Assembly: GCA_036676985.1 (NCBI GenBank)
Contig: JAKFBU010000050.1
Location: forward strand, 1 to 55,187
Direction of reading: 5' to 3'
Length of the DNA: 55,187 bases
Origin: Candidatus Sericytochromatia bacterium
GTDB taxonomy: Bacteria > Cyanobacteriota > Sericytochromatia > S15B-MN24 > UBA4093
Shown piece by piece: positions 47,400 through 55,187 of this stretch (positions are counted from its first letter, which is position 1; each line of letters starts with the position of its first letter). The notes below the pieces were generated by a model. It was not told the origin of the DNA. It saw only the letters and a list, made by a program, of their open reading frames with translations, and did not search any database. The translations under genes were made by a program, and so were the position numbers.

Positions 47400-50300
47400 C
47401 TAGAAATCAGGCTGCTGAAGGCCGACCTGCACGAGCGTGGCCGTCGCGTGGTCGCCACTCATCCGGTAAAGGCGGCCATCCGTGCCCACCCACTCCAGGA
47501 CGCCGTCGGTGCGGGCGTCCATGGCACGGGGAACCGAGGGAAGGCCGCTGGAGTTGAGCTTCGTGCGGGCGCCGGTGGCGAGGTCCGATAGCTGGTAGAG
47601 GTTGCTGTCGCTGCCGGTGAAGTAGACGTTGGCGCCGATGGCCGCGAAGGCCTGCGGGGCGAAGCCCAGGTTCACGAGGAGGTCGGGCTGCCCGCCCGGG
47701 CTGAAGCGGTAGAGGCCCGACGCGGTGGAGGTGTAGGTGCCGCTCGCGTGCACGAGGACCTCGCCGCGCGACAGCAATGGGCCCTCGACGACCCTGCCGC
47801 CGTTCTGCAAGATCTGAGCCCATACGTTGGCCGAGATCGCGTTGTTGGTCGTGCGATCCACCGAGATCGGGAACGGGGCCTGACAGCCCGAGCTGCCCGA
47901 CTCCACGATCGTTCCGTTGGAAGGATCGACGCGCAGGATGTTCGAGCCGCACTGGTCCACGCTGGCGACCAGCTGGTTGTCCGATCGAACGTCCACGTCG
48001 TTCGGCTTGAAGGCGAGGGTCGCCGAGAACGTGACGGCATTGGTCGCGGGGTTCACGAGCTTGACCTGGGAGTTGTTGTAGTCGGCGATCGCCACCAGGC
48101 CGTTGGGCGACACGGCGAGGCCCCGGGGCTGGTTGAGCGTGCCGCCCGAGAGCGCCATCTCGGTCCAGGTGCCCGACGTGACGCTCGAGAGCTTGTAGAG
48201 CTTGTTGCCCGGGTTGGTGACGGCGTAGACCTGGCCGGAAGCCTGGTCGGCCGCGACGGCATACACGCCCGACAGGGTGTTGCCCACCGCCGCCTTGGCG
48301 AAGTTGTTGCCGGCGTCGTAGCGATAGACCTGGCCGGAGCCGCTGGTGTCCGCCACCAGCAGGTTGCCGTTGCCCTCCACGCTTACCCGCGTGGGATTGG
48401 TGAGCGCCGAGTCGAGGACCGTGAGGGTGTAGCCGCCCGAGGCGCCCGTTGCCGTCACCTTCACCAGGCGGTTGTCATTGTTGATGACGAAGTAGCTGGT
48501 GCCACGCACGGCGATCGACTTCGGGGAGCTCAAGAGGGCGCGCGTGTCGGTGCCCGTGCCACTCCCGTGGGCGATCTGGGTCATGCCCGGATACCGCCAC
48601 CAATCGAGATCCTGGTCGAAGCCCCGGACGGGGTTGTACAGGTACGTGGTCGAGAAGTTGTACTTGTTGCCCCAGGCCAGCGATCCGTCCGAGGCGAGGT
48701 CCAGGCCGTAGGCGCCGGCTCGCAGGCCGCGTCCGTAGGACGTGGCGCCCGAGGCGTCGAACTGCGTGATGCCGCCGGTGTCGGGGTGGGCGGCATACAG
48801 CTTGTTGTTGCGGAACGCGAGGCCGTAGGGGTTGGCGATGCCGACGGCGTAGGGCTGCGACGTCCGGCCGTCCGGCGCCACCGAGAGGATCGCGTTGACG
48901 CCGCTCAGGGCCACGTAGCGGTTGTTGGAGCCGTCGAGGGCGAAGCCGTAGGGGTTGGAGATGCCGTAGGCGATAGGCAGCACGGCGCCGCCCGGCGCCA
49001 CGCGCATGATCCGGTTGGTCGTGCCGTCCGCGACGAAGATCGTGCCCGTCTCGTCCATTTCGAGGCCCGTGGGGCTCGGCACCGCGGCGTAGCTGCTCAG
49101 GGCGCGGGTCGGATCGATCCGGAAGATGGCGCCGCGGGGATTGCTCGCGACGAAGACGTTGCCTCCCGAGTCGACGGCCAGCCCCCAGGGGGTGCTGACG
49201 TAGCCCCAGGTGAGGCGGGAGTCGTCGGTGACGTTCAGGCGGTTGACTCGGTTGGCGCTGCCCTGCTCGGCGATAAAGAGGTAGCCCTGGTAGTCGAAGC
49301 CGAGCCCCACGGGCCGGTCGAAGCCCGCGTGGGTGCCCTGAGAGGCGGCATCCGAGAGGCGGAACTTGGTGATCACGCCCTCGTCGTTGCTCGCCACGTA
49401 CAGGTTGCCGTCCGGCCCGAGGGCAAGACCCGCCGGATGGGCGACGCTCGCCCAGTCCGTGGGGTTGGAGACGGTGCCGTTGGTAGGATCGTAGTCGAAG
49501 CGGACGATCTTGTCCGAGCCGTAGCAGGCCACGTAGAGCTTGTTGGTGGCGGGATCGAGGGTCAGGGAGCGGGGCTGGTCGAGGCTCGCGGTGGTCGCGG
49601 CGTCGGCGATGGTGGTCACCGTGCCGTCCGAGGTCACGCGGCTCAGGGTGTTGAAGGGGCGGTTGACGACCAGCAGGCGTCCCTGGGCGTCGAGAGTGTT
49701 GTGGCCGTCGGAGCTGCGCACGGTGAAGCGATCGCCCGCCAAGACCGTGCCGCCGATCTCGAGGGTGACCGGGCCCGAGGTGGCGCCGACCGGCACGGTG
49801 ACGTCCAGCTTGGTGGCGCTGTCGTAGATGCGGGTGACCGTCCCGCGGGTGCCGTTGAACTTGACGATATTGTTGGCGTAGTTGCTGGCGTCGAAGTTGC
49901 TGCCGACGAGGGTGACGGTCGCGCCGATGCCTCCGACGGTGGGGCTGATGCTCGAGAGGGTGAAGACGGTGCCCGTCTTGATGAAGCTGTTGCCCAGGGG
50001 GTTGTAGGAGATGTAGCGGAGCGGATCCTGGTCGTAGGCGAGAGCCCCTGCCACCTGGTTGAAGACGGATTCGTACTGGGCCTGGGTGAAGGGGTTGTCG
50101 GTGCCCTGGGTGTAGCCCTGGCTGGGGCCGACGAGGGTGGGGTCGATGCAGCCGATGAGCTTGGGGGCGTCGACGGCCTCGCTGGCGAGCGTCTTGAGGC
50201 CGAGCATGGCGGCGATGGCCGTGGTGCCGAGGCCGATGGTGATGGGCCCGGGGGTGGGGTTGGCGAGGCTCACCCAGCCGTCGCGCCAGAAGAGGACGGT

Positions 50301-50702
50301 CCTGAGGCGCACGGCCTCGGCTCCTGCCTGGTTGTACTGGGAGTTGCTGCCCTTGATGCCCTTGATGGCCTCGAGGTAGTAGGCCTTGCTGGGATCGGGC
50401 TTGAAGCTGGCCCCGAAGCGCAGGACAAAAGAGCCGTCTGCGAGGGTGACGGTGGATCCCACGGTGTACTGGGTGGTGACGTCGATCAACGAAACCGTGG
50501 CGCCGGGGGCGATGTCGGCGGCGATGTCGACGGCCTGGACCCGGCGGCCGCCCTCCGCGGCGATCCGGCCGGTGAGGGTGGCGTCGCCATTGAACTGCGT
50601 CGCGCCCATGGCCGGGGGCTTGGCGAGGGTCAAAGGATGCAGGCAGCCGCCGAGCAGGGCGCCGACGGCGAGGAGGCTCGCAAGTTTGAGTGAAGTCTTC
50701 AT
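47400..50702 (-). CDS. Large lipoprotein with IPT/TIG domain and many NHL repeats
   Basis: Lipobox LGGC, ISPTVG..GATVTLVGSNF...VPVGATSGPV, repeated P.GLA units. Confidence 0.85.
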   Translation of the reverse strand: MKTSLKLASLLAVGALLGGCLHPLTLAKPPAMGATQFNGDATLTGRIAAEGGRRVQAVDIAADIAPGATVSLIDVTTQYTVGSTVTLADGSFVLRFGASFKPDPSKAYYLEAIKGIKGSNSQYNQAGAEAVRLRTVLFWRDGWVSLANPTPGPITIGLGTTAIAAMLGLKTLASEAVDAPKLIGCIDPTLVGPSQGYTQGTDNPFTQAQYESVFNQVAGALAYDQDPLRYISYNPLGNSFIKTGTVFTLSSISPTVGGIGATVTLVGSNFDASNYANNIVKFNGTRGTVTRIYDSATKLDVTVPVGATSGPVTLEIGGTVLAGDRFTVRSSDGHNTLDAQGRLLVVNRPFNTLSRVTSDGTVTTIADAATTASLDQPRSLTLDPATNKLYVACYGSDKIVRFDYDPTNGTVSNPTDWASVAHPAGLALGPDGNLYVASNDEGVITKFRLSDAASQGTHAGFDRPVGLGFDYQGYLFIAEQGSANRVNRLNVTDDSRLTWGYVSTPWGLAVDSGGNVFVASNPRGAIFRIDPTRALSSYAAVPSPTGLEMDETGTIFVADGTTNRIMRVAPGGAVLPIAYGISNPYGFALDGSNNRYVALSGVNAILSVAPDGRTSQPYAVGIANPYGLAFRNNKLYAAHPDTGGITQFDASGATSYGRGLRAGAYGLDLASDGSLAWGNKYNFSTTYLYNPVRGFDQDLDWWRYPGMTQIAHGSGTGTDTRALLSSPKSIAVRGTSYFVINNDNRLVKVTATGASGGYTLTVLDSALTNPTRVSVEGNGNLLVADTSGSGQVYRYDAGNNFAKAAVGNTLSGVYAVAADQASGQVYAVTNPGNKLYKLSSVTSGTWTEMALSGGTLNQPRGLAVSPNGLVAIADYNNSQVKLVNPATNAVTFSATLAFKPNDVDVRSDNQLVASVDQCGSNILRVDPSNGTIVESGSSGCQAPFPISVDRTTNNAISANVWAQILQNGGRVVEGPLLSRGEVLVHASGTYTSTASGLYRFSPGGQPDLLVNLGFAPQAFAAIGANVYFTGSDSNLYQLSDLATGARTKLNSSGLPSVPRAMDARTDGVLEWVGTDGRLYRMSGDHATATLVQVGLQQPDF

Positions 50703-50712
50703 CGTCCGCCTC

Positions 50713-53700
50713 CTACAGCTCGGGCCCGCCCAGGCCGAACGGCTGGGTCTCGCGGTTGCCCGCCGAGTCAAAGCGATCGATCCGGTGATGCGAGAGGAGC
50801 GTGGCGTAGAAGTAGCCCCCGTGGAACGCGGCGCCGAAGCCCAGATGGCTGCTGTCCAGGTTCTTGTCCAGATCGTAGCCCGTGCGTGCGGCGTTGGTCC
50901 TAAGGGCGCGCGCGGCGCTGTAGGTGATGGCCCACGAGCGGCCCGTCGAGGAATCGAACGCCACGCCGTGCGGCCCGCTCATGTCCCAGCCGTAGAGTGC
51001 GACTGTTTCCTCGCCCGTCGCGAGGTTCATGGTCGAGGTGACGCCATCCCATGCGCCGCCTCTGGGCACCACCAGGTAGCGGTTGCCACCGTAGCTGCCG
51101 ACGGCGATGGTCGGGTTCCAGTTCTCGCTCTGGTGGGTGAGGGTCGCCCAGGAGAACCAGCGGGCACTACGGCCGTTGCCGCCGCCCGGGATGACTGTCT
51201 GGTAGATGCCTCCGCCGTTGGAGGTCACGAAGAAGTTGCCGCTGCCGTCCGGCGTGAAGCGCCTGCCGCCCCAGATCCAGTCGCGGGCCGCGGTGGAGTA
51301 GGGGGTGCCCGCTGAGTTGGTCGTGTAGATGTTCCCCTCGGTCAAGAGGTAGATCGTCGTGCCCGCGGCATCCACGCCCACGTCGTAGACCGTGCCACCC
51401 CACGTGAAGGCGAGCGACGGGGCCGCGGGCGTGGACGTATAGGTCGCGATGCTCGAGATTCGCGGCCCGTGGGCCACCCACATGGTCGTGCCCGCGAAGG
51501 CGAGGCCCGTGGGGCCGGTGAGGCCCGAGGCCACGGCCGAGATGGCGAGCGTGCCCGGGTCGATCTTCTTGACGCTGCCGGTGCCGGCGGCCCCCGTGCT
51601 GGTGTTGGCGAAGTAGACGGCAGAGCCGTCGAAGGCGATCGCCGTCGGCCGGTCCACGTTCGCGTCGGTGAGGGTGTTTGCGAGGGTCAGGACCTTGTTG
51701 GTCGGATCCCAGGTGTAGACCTGGACGGCGTCGTCGGCCGTACTCGTGCCTTCACAGGCGACGTAGACCTTGCCGCTCGCGTCCACCGCCACGTCCTCGG
51801 GGTTGGGCGCCGTGTTGGTGGCCACGCGCTTGAGGATCCAGGTGGCCGGATCGATGCGCGTGATGGCCTTCTCCTGCGGCAGGGTGACGTAGATCGCGCC
51901 CGAGTTGGGGTCGCGGGCGATGCCGAAGTTGTTGCGCAGGCTCGAGCGGAGCGTCCGCGTGAGCGGCATGGGCGAGGTCGTCACGTCGTACTCTTGGACC
52001 TCGGGCTGCCGGTAGTAGGTGGTGCTGCCGTCCGAGCTCGACTGCTGGTAGACGTAGAGGCGGTTGGCGTCGTAGGCGAGGCCGCTCGGGGCCGCGAGGT
52101 TGCGCAGGACCGTCGAGAACGAGCCGTCCGCGAGGTAGACGCGCGTCACGCTGCCGTCGCCCAGGTCGCTGACGTAGAGGTGCCCGCGGGCCTCGTCGAG
52201 GGCGACGCCCGTGGGGTCGTTGAAGCCCCGGGCCACGGTGGTGACCGAGCCGTCGGTGGCGATGCGGACGACCGTGTGGTTCTGGGAGTTGGCCACGTAG
52301 AAGGTGCCGTCGGAGGCGGCTGCGATGCCCTTGGGGTAGCTCACGCCCTCGGCGAGCACGGAGCTGAGGCCCGAGGTGTCGATGCGGTAGACCCGGTTGC
52401 TGGTATTGTCGCTCACGTACAGGTAGCCCGAGGGGTCGGCGTCGATGCCGCCGGGGCTCTGGACCGAGGCGAAGGGCTTGACCACGTCGTCCGTGCCGAC
52501 CCGGTAGACCGAGTTGCCGGCGTTGTTGGTGACGTACATGGCCCCGAAGGTGTCGAAGGCCAGGCTCCACGGACGGCTGAAGCCCGACTTGTAGGTCGTG
52601 GTGGCGCCCGTGGTGGGGTTCACCCGGGCCACGGTGTCGTCGCCGTAGTTGGCGACGTACAGGAGGCCGTCCGGCCCGAAGGAGAGGCCGCGGGGGGCCG
52701 AGAGGCCGGTCGTCGAGACGGGCACGAGGCTGCCGCCGCTGACCTTGGAGATGCGGTTGGTGGACTCGACGCTCACGAAGAGGTCGCCCGCGGGCGAGAA
52801 GGCGAGGCCCCAGGCCCCGGTGGCCCCCGATCCGACGGGGGTGCCCAGCAGGGTGCCGGTGGTGGAGTAGTTGCGGATGGTGTCCCCGCTGATGACGTAG
52901 AGGGTGCCGTTGGTGCCCAGGGTGATGCCGCGAGGGGTGGTCAGGCCCGTGACGATCGGGGTGGTGACGCCCTGGGGGCTGATCTTGGAGAGGGTGCCGT
53001 AGGCGGAGTTCGCGACGTACAGGTTGCCGGCGTCGTCGACGACCCGGTGGCCGTCTCGCGAGGCCAGGGTGAAGATGGGGCCGTTCAGGAGGAGGTTGCC
53101 CACCTGCACGGAGATGGGGCCGCTGGTGGCCCCGCTCGGCACCACCACCCGCAGGCGCGAGCGATCGAGCGAGACGTTGGTGACCGGGGCGTTGATGCGG
53201 GTGTTGCCGCTGCCCGTGAAGGTGACGGTGTTGTTGACGGGCACCGGGTCGAAGTTGTCGCCCGCCACGAACAGCTCCTCGCCGACCGCCGCCGAGGTGG
53301 GCGTGAGGAAGGTGATGGTGAAGGGCATGTTCGGCAGGACGAAGGTGTTGTAGTTGGTGTCCGAGACGTCCAGCAGCACCGAACGGAAGGGGTCCTGGTC
53401 GCGCTCCTCGAGGGAGAAGCGGACGAGAGCGACCACCTGCTGGAGGCTCGCGATGGGGATGCCCGCGGCGACTTCCTTGGTGAAGCTGGCGGCGTCCCGG
53501 GGGTCGGGAAGGCTGCCGATGAGCTGGAGCATGGGGACCGTGCGCGTGGTGGTCGAGCGCAGGCTCGCGATGATGCTCAGGGCGGTGGTGGTCGAGGTGA
53601 TGGCGATGGGGCTGTTGGGAGTGGCCGAGGCGGCCGAGACCCAGCCGTCGCTCTGCCAGGAGACGATGGTGCGGACGCGTGCGAGCGGGCTGCCGATGCG

Positions 53701-54066
53701 GTTGGGCAGGGAGGTGCCGGCCATCAGGCCTTTGAGGGCCTCGAGGTAGTAGACGTGGTTTTCCTGGGGCTCGAAGCCGTTGCTGAAGGTGAGGCTGAAC
53801 TTGCCGCTGGCGTCGGAGACGGTGGTGGCGAGGGTGTAGCCGGTGACGCTGTCGATGAGGGCGAGCGTGGCGCCGGAGGCGATCTCGGCGACGGTCGCCT
53901 GGATGCGGAAGGCGGCCATGTCCACCTGGCCCACCAGCGAACCTGCCGGGACCTGAGCGCTCGCGGGGGGGGCGACGTTGTCGATCGACGTCATAGCGGC
54001 CGGTGGCTTGGGGCAGCCAGCAATCATCAAGGCCGATAGGATGATGGTCAGCAGCTTTGCTCGCAT
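50713..54066 (-). CDS. Large lipoprotein with IPT/TIG domain and many NHL repeats (paralog of the adjacent gene)
   Basis: Lipobox IAGC, LTPTSAAVG...GDNF...VPSGATSGPI, repeated P.G+A+...G.LYV units. Confidence 0.85.
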   Translation of the reverse strand: MRAKLLTIILSALMIAGCPKPPAAMTSIDNVAPPASAQVPAGSLVGQVDMAAFRIQATVAEIASGATLALIDSVTGYTLATTVSDASGKFSLTFSNGFEPQENHVYYLEALKGLMAGTSLPNRIGSPLARVRTIVSWQSDGWVSAASATPNSPIAITSTTTALSIIASLRSTTTRTVPMLQLIGSLPDPRDAASFTKEVAAGIPIASLQQVVALVRFSLEERDQDPFRSVLLDVSDTNYNTFVLPNMPFTITFLTPTSAAVGEELFVAGDNFDPVPVNNTVTFTGSGNTRINAPVTNVSLDRSRLRVVVPSGATSGPISVQVGNLLLNGPIFTLASRDGHRVVDDAGNLYVANSAYGTLSKISPQGVTTPIVTGLTTPRGITLGTNGTLYVISGDTIRNYSTTGTLLGTPVGSGATGAWGLAFSPAGDLFVSVESTNRISKVSGGSLVPVSTTGLSAPRGLSFGPDGLLYVANYGDDTVARVNPTTGATTTYKSGFSRPWSLAFDTFGAMYVTNNAGNSVYRVGTDDVVKPFASVQSPGGIDADPSGYLYVSDNTSNRVYRIDTSGLSSVLAEGVSYPKGIAAASDGTFYVANSQNHTVVRIATDGSVTTVARGFNDPTGVALDEARGHLYVSDLGDGSVTRVYLADGSFSTVLRNLAAPSGLAYDANRLYVYQQSSSDGSTTYYRQPEVQEYDVTTSPMPLTRTLRSSLRNNFGIARDPNSGAIYVTLPQEKAITRIDPATWILKRVATNTAPNPEDVAVDASGKVYVACEGTSTADDAVQVYTWDPTNKVLTLANTLTDANVDRPTAIAFDGSAVYFANTSTGAAGTGSVKKIDPGTLAISAVASGLTGPTGLAFAGTTMWVAHGPRISSIATYTSTPAAPSLAFTWGGTVYDVGVDAAGTTIYLLTEGNIYTTNSAGTPYSTAARDWIWGGRRFTPDGSGNFFVTSNGGGIYQTVIPGGGNGRSARWFSWATLTHQSENWNPTIAVGSYGGNRYLVVPRGGAWDGVTSTMNLATGEETVALYGWDMSGPHGVAFDSSTGRSWAITYSAARALRTNAARTGYDLDKNLDSSHLGFGAAFHGGYFYATLLSHHRIDRFDSAGNRETQPFGLGGPEL

Positions 54067-54141
54067 TGGATCCCCCGCTTGAGCCATTTCACCGCACTCA
54101 AGGGTCATGTGCCACGCTTGAGCGGTTAATTAACAGGGGCC

Positions 54142-54180
54142 AAAAACGAAGGGACCCGGGCGTATCCCCGGGTCCCTTCG
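54142..54180 (-). terminator. Rho-independent terminator after the tRNA cluster
   Basis: CGAAGGGACCCGGG/CCCGGGTCCCTTCG followed by TTTTT on the minus strand. Confidence 0.9.
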
Positions 54181-54184
54181 TGAG

Positions 54185-54257
54185 TGGAGGTAAGCGGATT
54201 CGAACCGCTGACCTCTGCAGTGCGATTGCAGCGCTCTACCAACTGAGCTATACCCCC
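54185..54257 (-). tRNA. tRNA-Ala(CGC), CCA not encoded
   Basis: Cloverleaf with anticodon arm CTGCA-ATCGCAC-TGCAG and G3:U70. Confidence 0.93.
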
Positions 54258-54282
54258 ACGACAACGGGCCCTGAGGCCCGAG

Positions 54283-54355
54283 TGGAGGATAGCGGACTCG
54301 AACCGCTGACATCCTGCTTGCAAAGCAGGCGCTCTACCAACTGAGCTAATCCCCC
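54283..54355 (-). tRNA. tRNA-Ala(TGC), CCA not encoded
   Basis: Cloverleaf with CCTGC-TTTGCAA-GCAGG and G3:U70. Confidence 0.96.
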
Positions 54356-54369
54356 AAGAAATGGAAAAG

Positions 54370-54443
54370 TGGGCAATGCTGGACTCGAACCAGCGACCTC
54401 ACCCTTATCAGGGGTGCGCTCTAGCCACCTGAGCTAATCGCCC
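54370..54443 (-). tRNA. tRNA-Ile(GAT), CCA not encoded
   Basis: Cloverleaf with CACCC-CTGATAA-GGGTG. Confidence 0.96.
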
Positions 54444-54490
54444 GTAAAAACCTTGGATTGTCTCCAAAACCGCGTTAGACGGCTATTTCC

Positions 54491-54519
54491 ATCCTAGCGG
54501 GATCGCCGTCGCTTGTCAA
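54491..54519 (-). promoter_or_regulatory. Sigma70 promoter for the tRNA-Ile-Ala-Ala cluster
   Basis: TTGACA-N17-TAGGAT. The -35 overlaps the stop codon of the upstream CDS. Confidence 0.8.
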
Positions 54520-54899
54520 CGCTGAGCGATCTGCCGCCAGAGGTCCTCCATGGGCCGGCGCAGGGCCAGTTTGCCCTGCATCAGGTCCGGATCGAAGTTC
54601 AGAAACCCGTGCACCAGGTAGATCTCGGCGGGCGTGCAGTTGAACAGGAGCTTGAGCTCGGTGTCCCCCTTGCGGTGATCGACGGTGCGCTCGTAGCCGA
54701 CCACCCCGGTGTCCGCCGTGCCCACGAAGACGTCCAGCTCGGCCCCGTCCTCGCCCATCACTCCGTTCACGTAGCCGTAGTCGATGGGGTAGACGATGTT
54801 CGTCCACTGGGGGTGACGCGAGTGGCGCGGCCGATCGATGGTGATGCCCTGGGTGGCGATCGCGCGCTCCCACTCGTCCCACGGGGCGTCTGGGGGCAT
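54516..54899 (-). CDS. Short inorganic pyrophosphatase-like protein
   Basis: IDRP...HP....YPIDYGY....EDGAELDVF (family I has DGDPLD). AGGAGG RBS. Confidence 0.7.
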   Translation of the reverse strand: MPPDAPWDEWERAIATQGITIDRPRHSRHPQWTNIVYPIDYGYVNGVMGEDGAELDVFVGTADTGVVGYERTVDHRKGDTELKLLFNCTPAEIYLVHGFLNFDPDLMQGKLALRRPMEDLWRQIAQR

Positions 54900-54920
54900 G
54901 GGCGGACCTCCTGAACGACG

Positions 54921-54951
54921 AAAAAGGCCGGAGGGCGAACCCTCCGGCCTT
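54921..54951 (-). terminator. Rho-independent terminator downstream of 16S rRNA
   Basis: AAGGCCGGAGGG-TTCG-CCCTCCGGCC-TTTTT. Confidence 0.88.
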
Positions 54952-55074
54952 GAAAGGGCCTTGACAACTAGACAGTGAGAGGCGCTGGGGTGTTACCCAG
55001 CCTACGAGTAGCCGTGTGACTTGTATCAACCTGGTGAGGTATCGCTCTACGCCGAAGCTAGAGCGATGTCTCCC

Positions 55075-55187
<113 letters not shown>

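Noticed and set aside
47748-54039. Very long plus-strand ORFs (981 aa, 856 aa), and similar ones such as 35369-37561, 9800-11764 and 21367-23304
   Set aside because: Antisense shadows of real genes. High GC3 codon bias suppresses stops on the opposite strand, and they carry no motifs or RBS.

Overview
GC-rich bacterial chromosomal window. It is bounded by the 3' part of a 5S rRNA (+, left edge) and the 3' end of a 16S rRNA (-, right edge). The 5S 3' half looks cyanobacterial, tRNA-Ala(CGC) is present, the tRNAs lack an encoded CCA, and the window has flagellar genes but no photosynthesis genes. Together these suggest a non-photosynthetic relative of Cyanobacteria such as Sericytochromatia (inference only). 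Contents, left to right: a PdtaR/PdtaS-type ANTAR two-component pair behind tyrS; citrate synthase and mdh; uvrC-M23 peptidase-ctpA; a ParM-like actin, coiled-coil protein and lytic transglycosylase leading a Firmicutes-style flagellar cluster (flgF, flgG, flgJ, yvyF, flgMNKL, fliW, csrA, flhFG); an intact IS630 with a -1 frameshift; recN; a Zn-finger/SPFH/PspA trio; an apparent operon of two all-MshEN proteins, a TPR protein, csaB, tagA and ftsEX; modABC; two giant paralogous IPT/NHL lipoproteins; three tRNAs. The strongest leads are: (1) stand-alone poly-MshEN (c-di-GMP-binding) proteins heading an envelope/division operon; (2) a chromosomal actin-like ATPase module at the front of the flagellar rod operon; (3) a dismantled rRNA operon in which 16S is terminated, a CDS sits in the former spacer, the Ile/Ala tRNAs have their own promoter and no 23S follows. 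All calls come from motif recognition by eye; no searches were run. Many start codons were re-chosen from RBS context.
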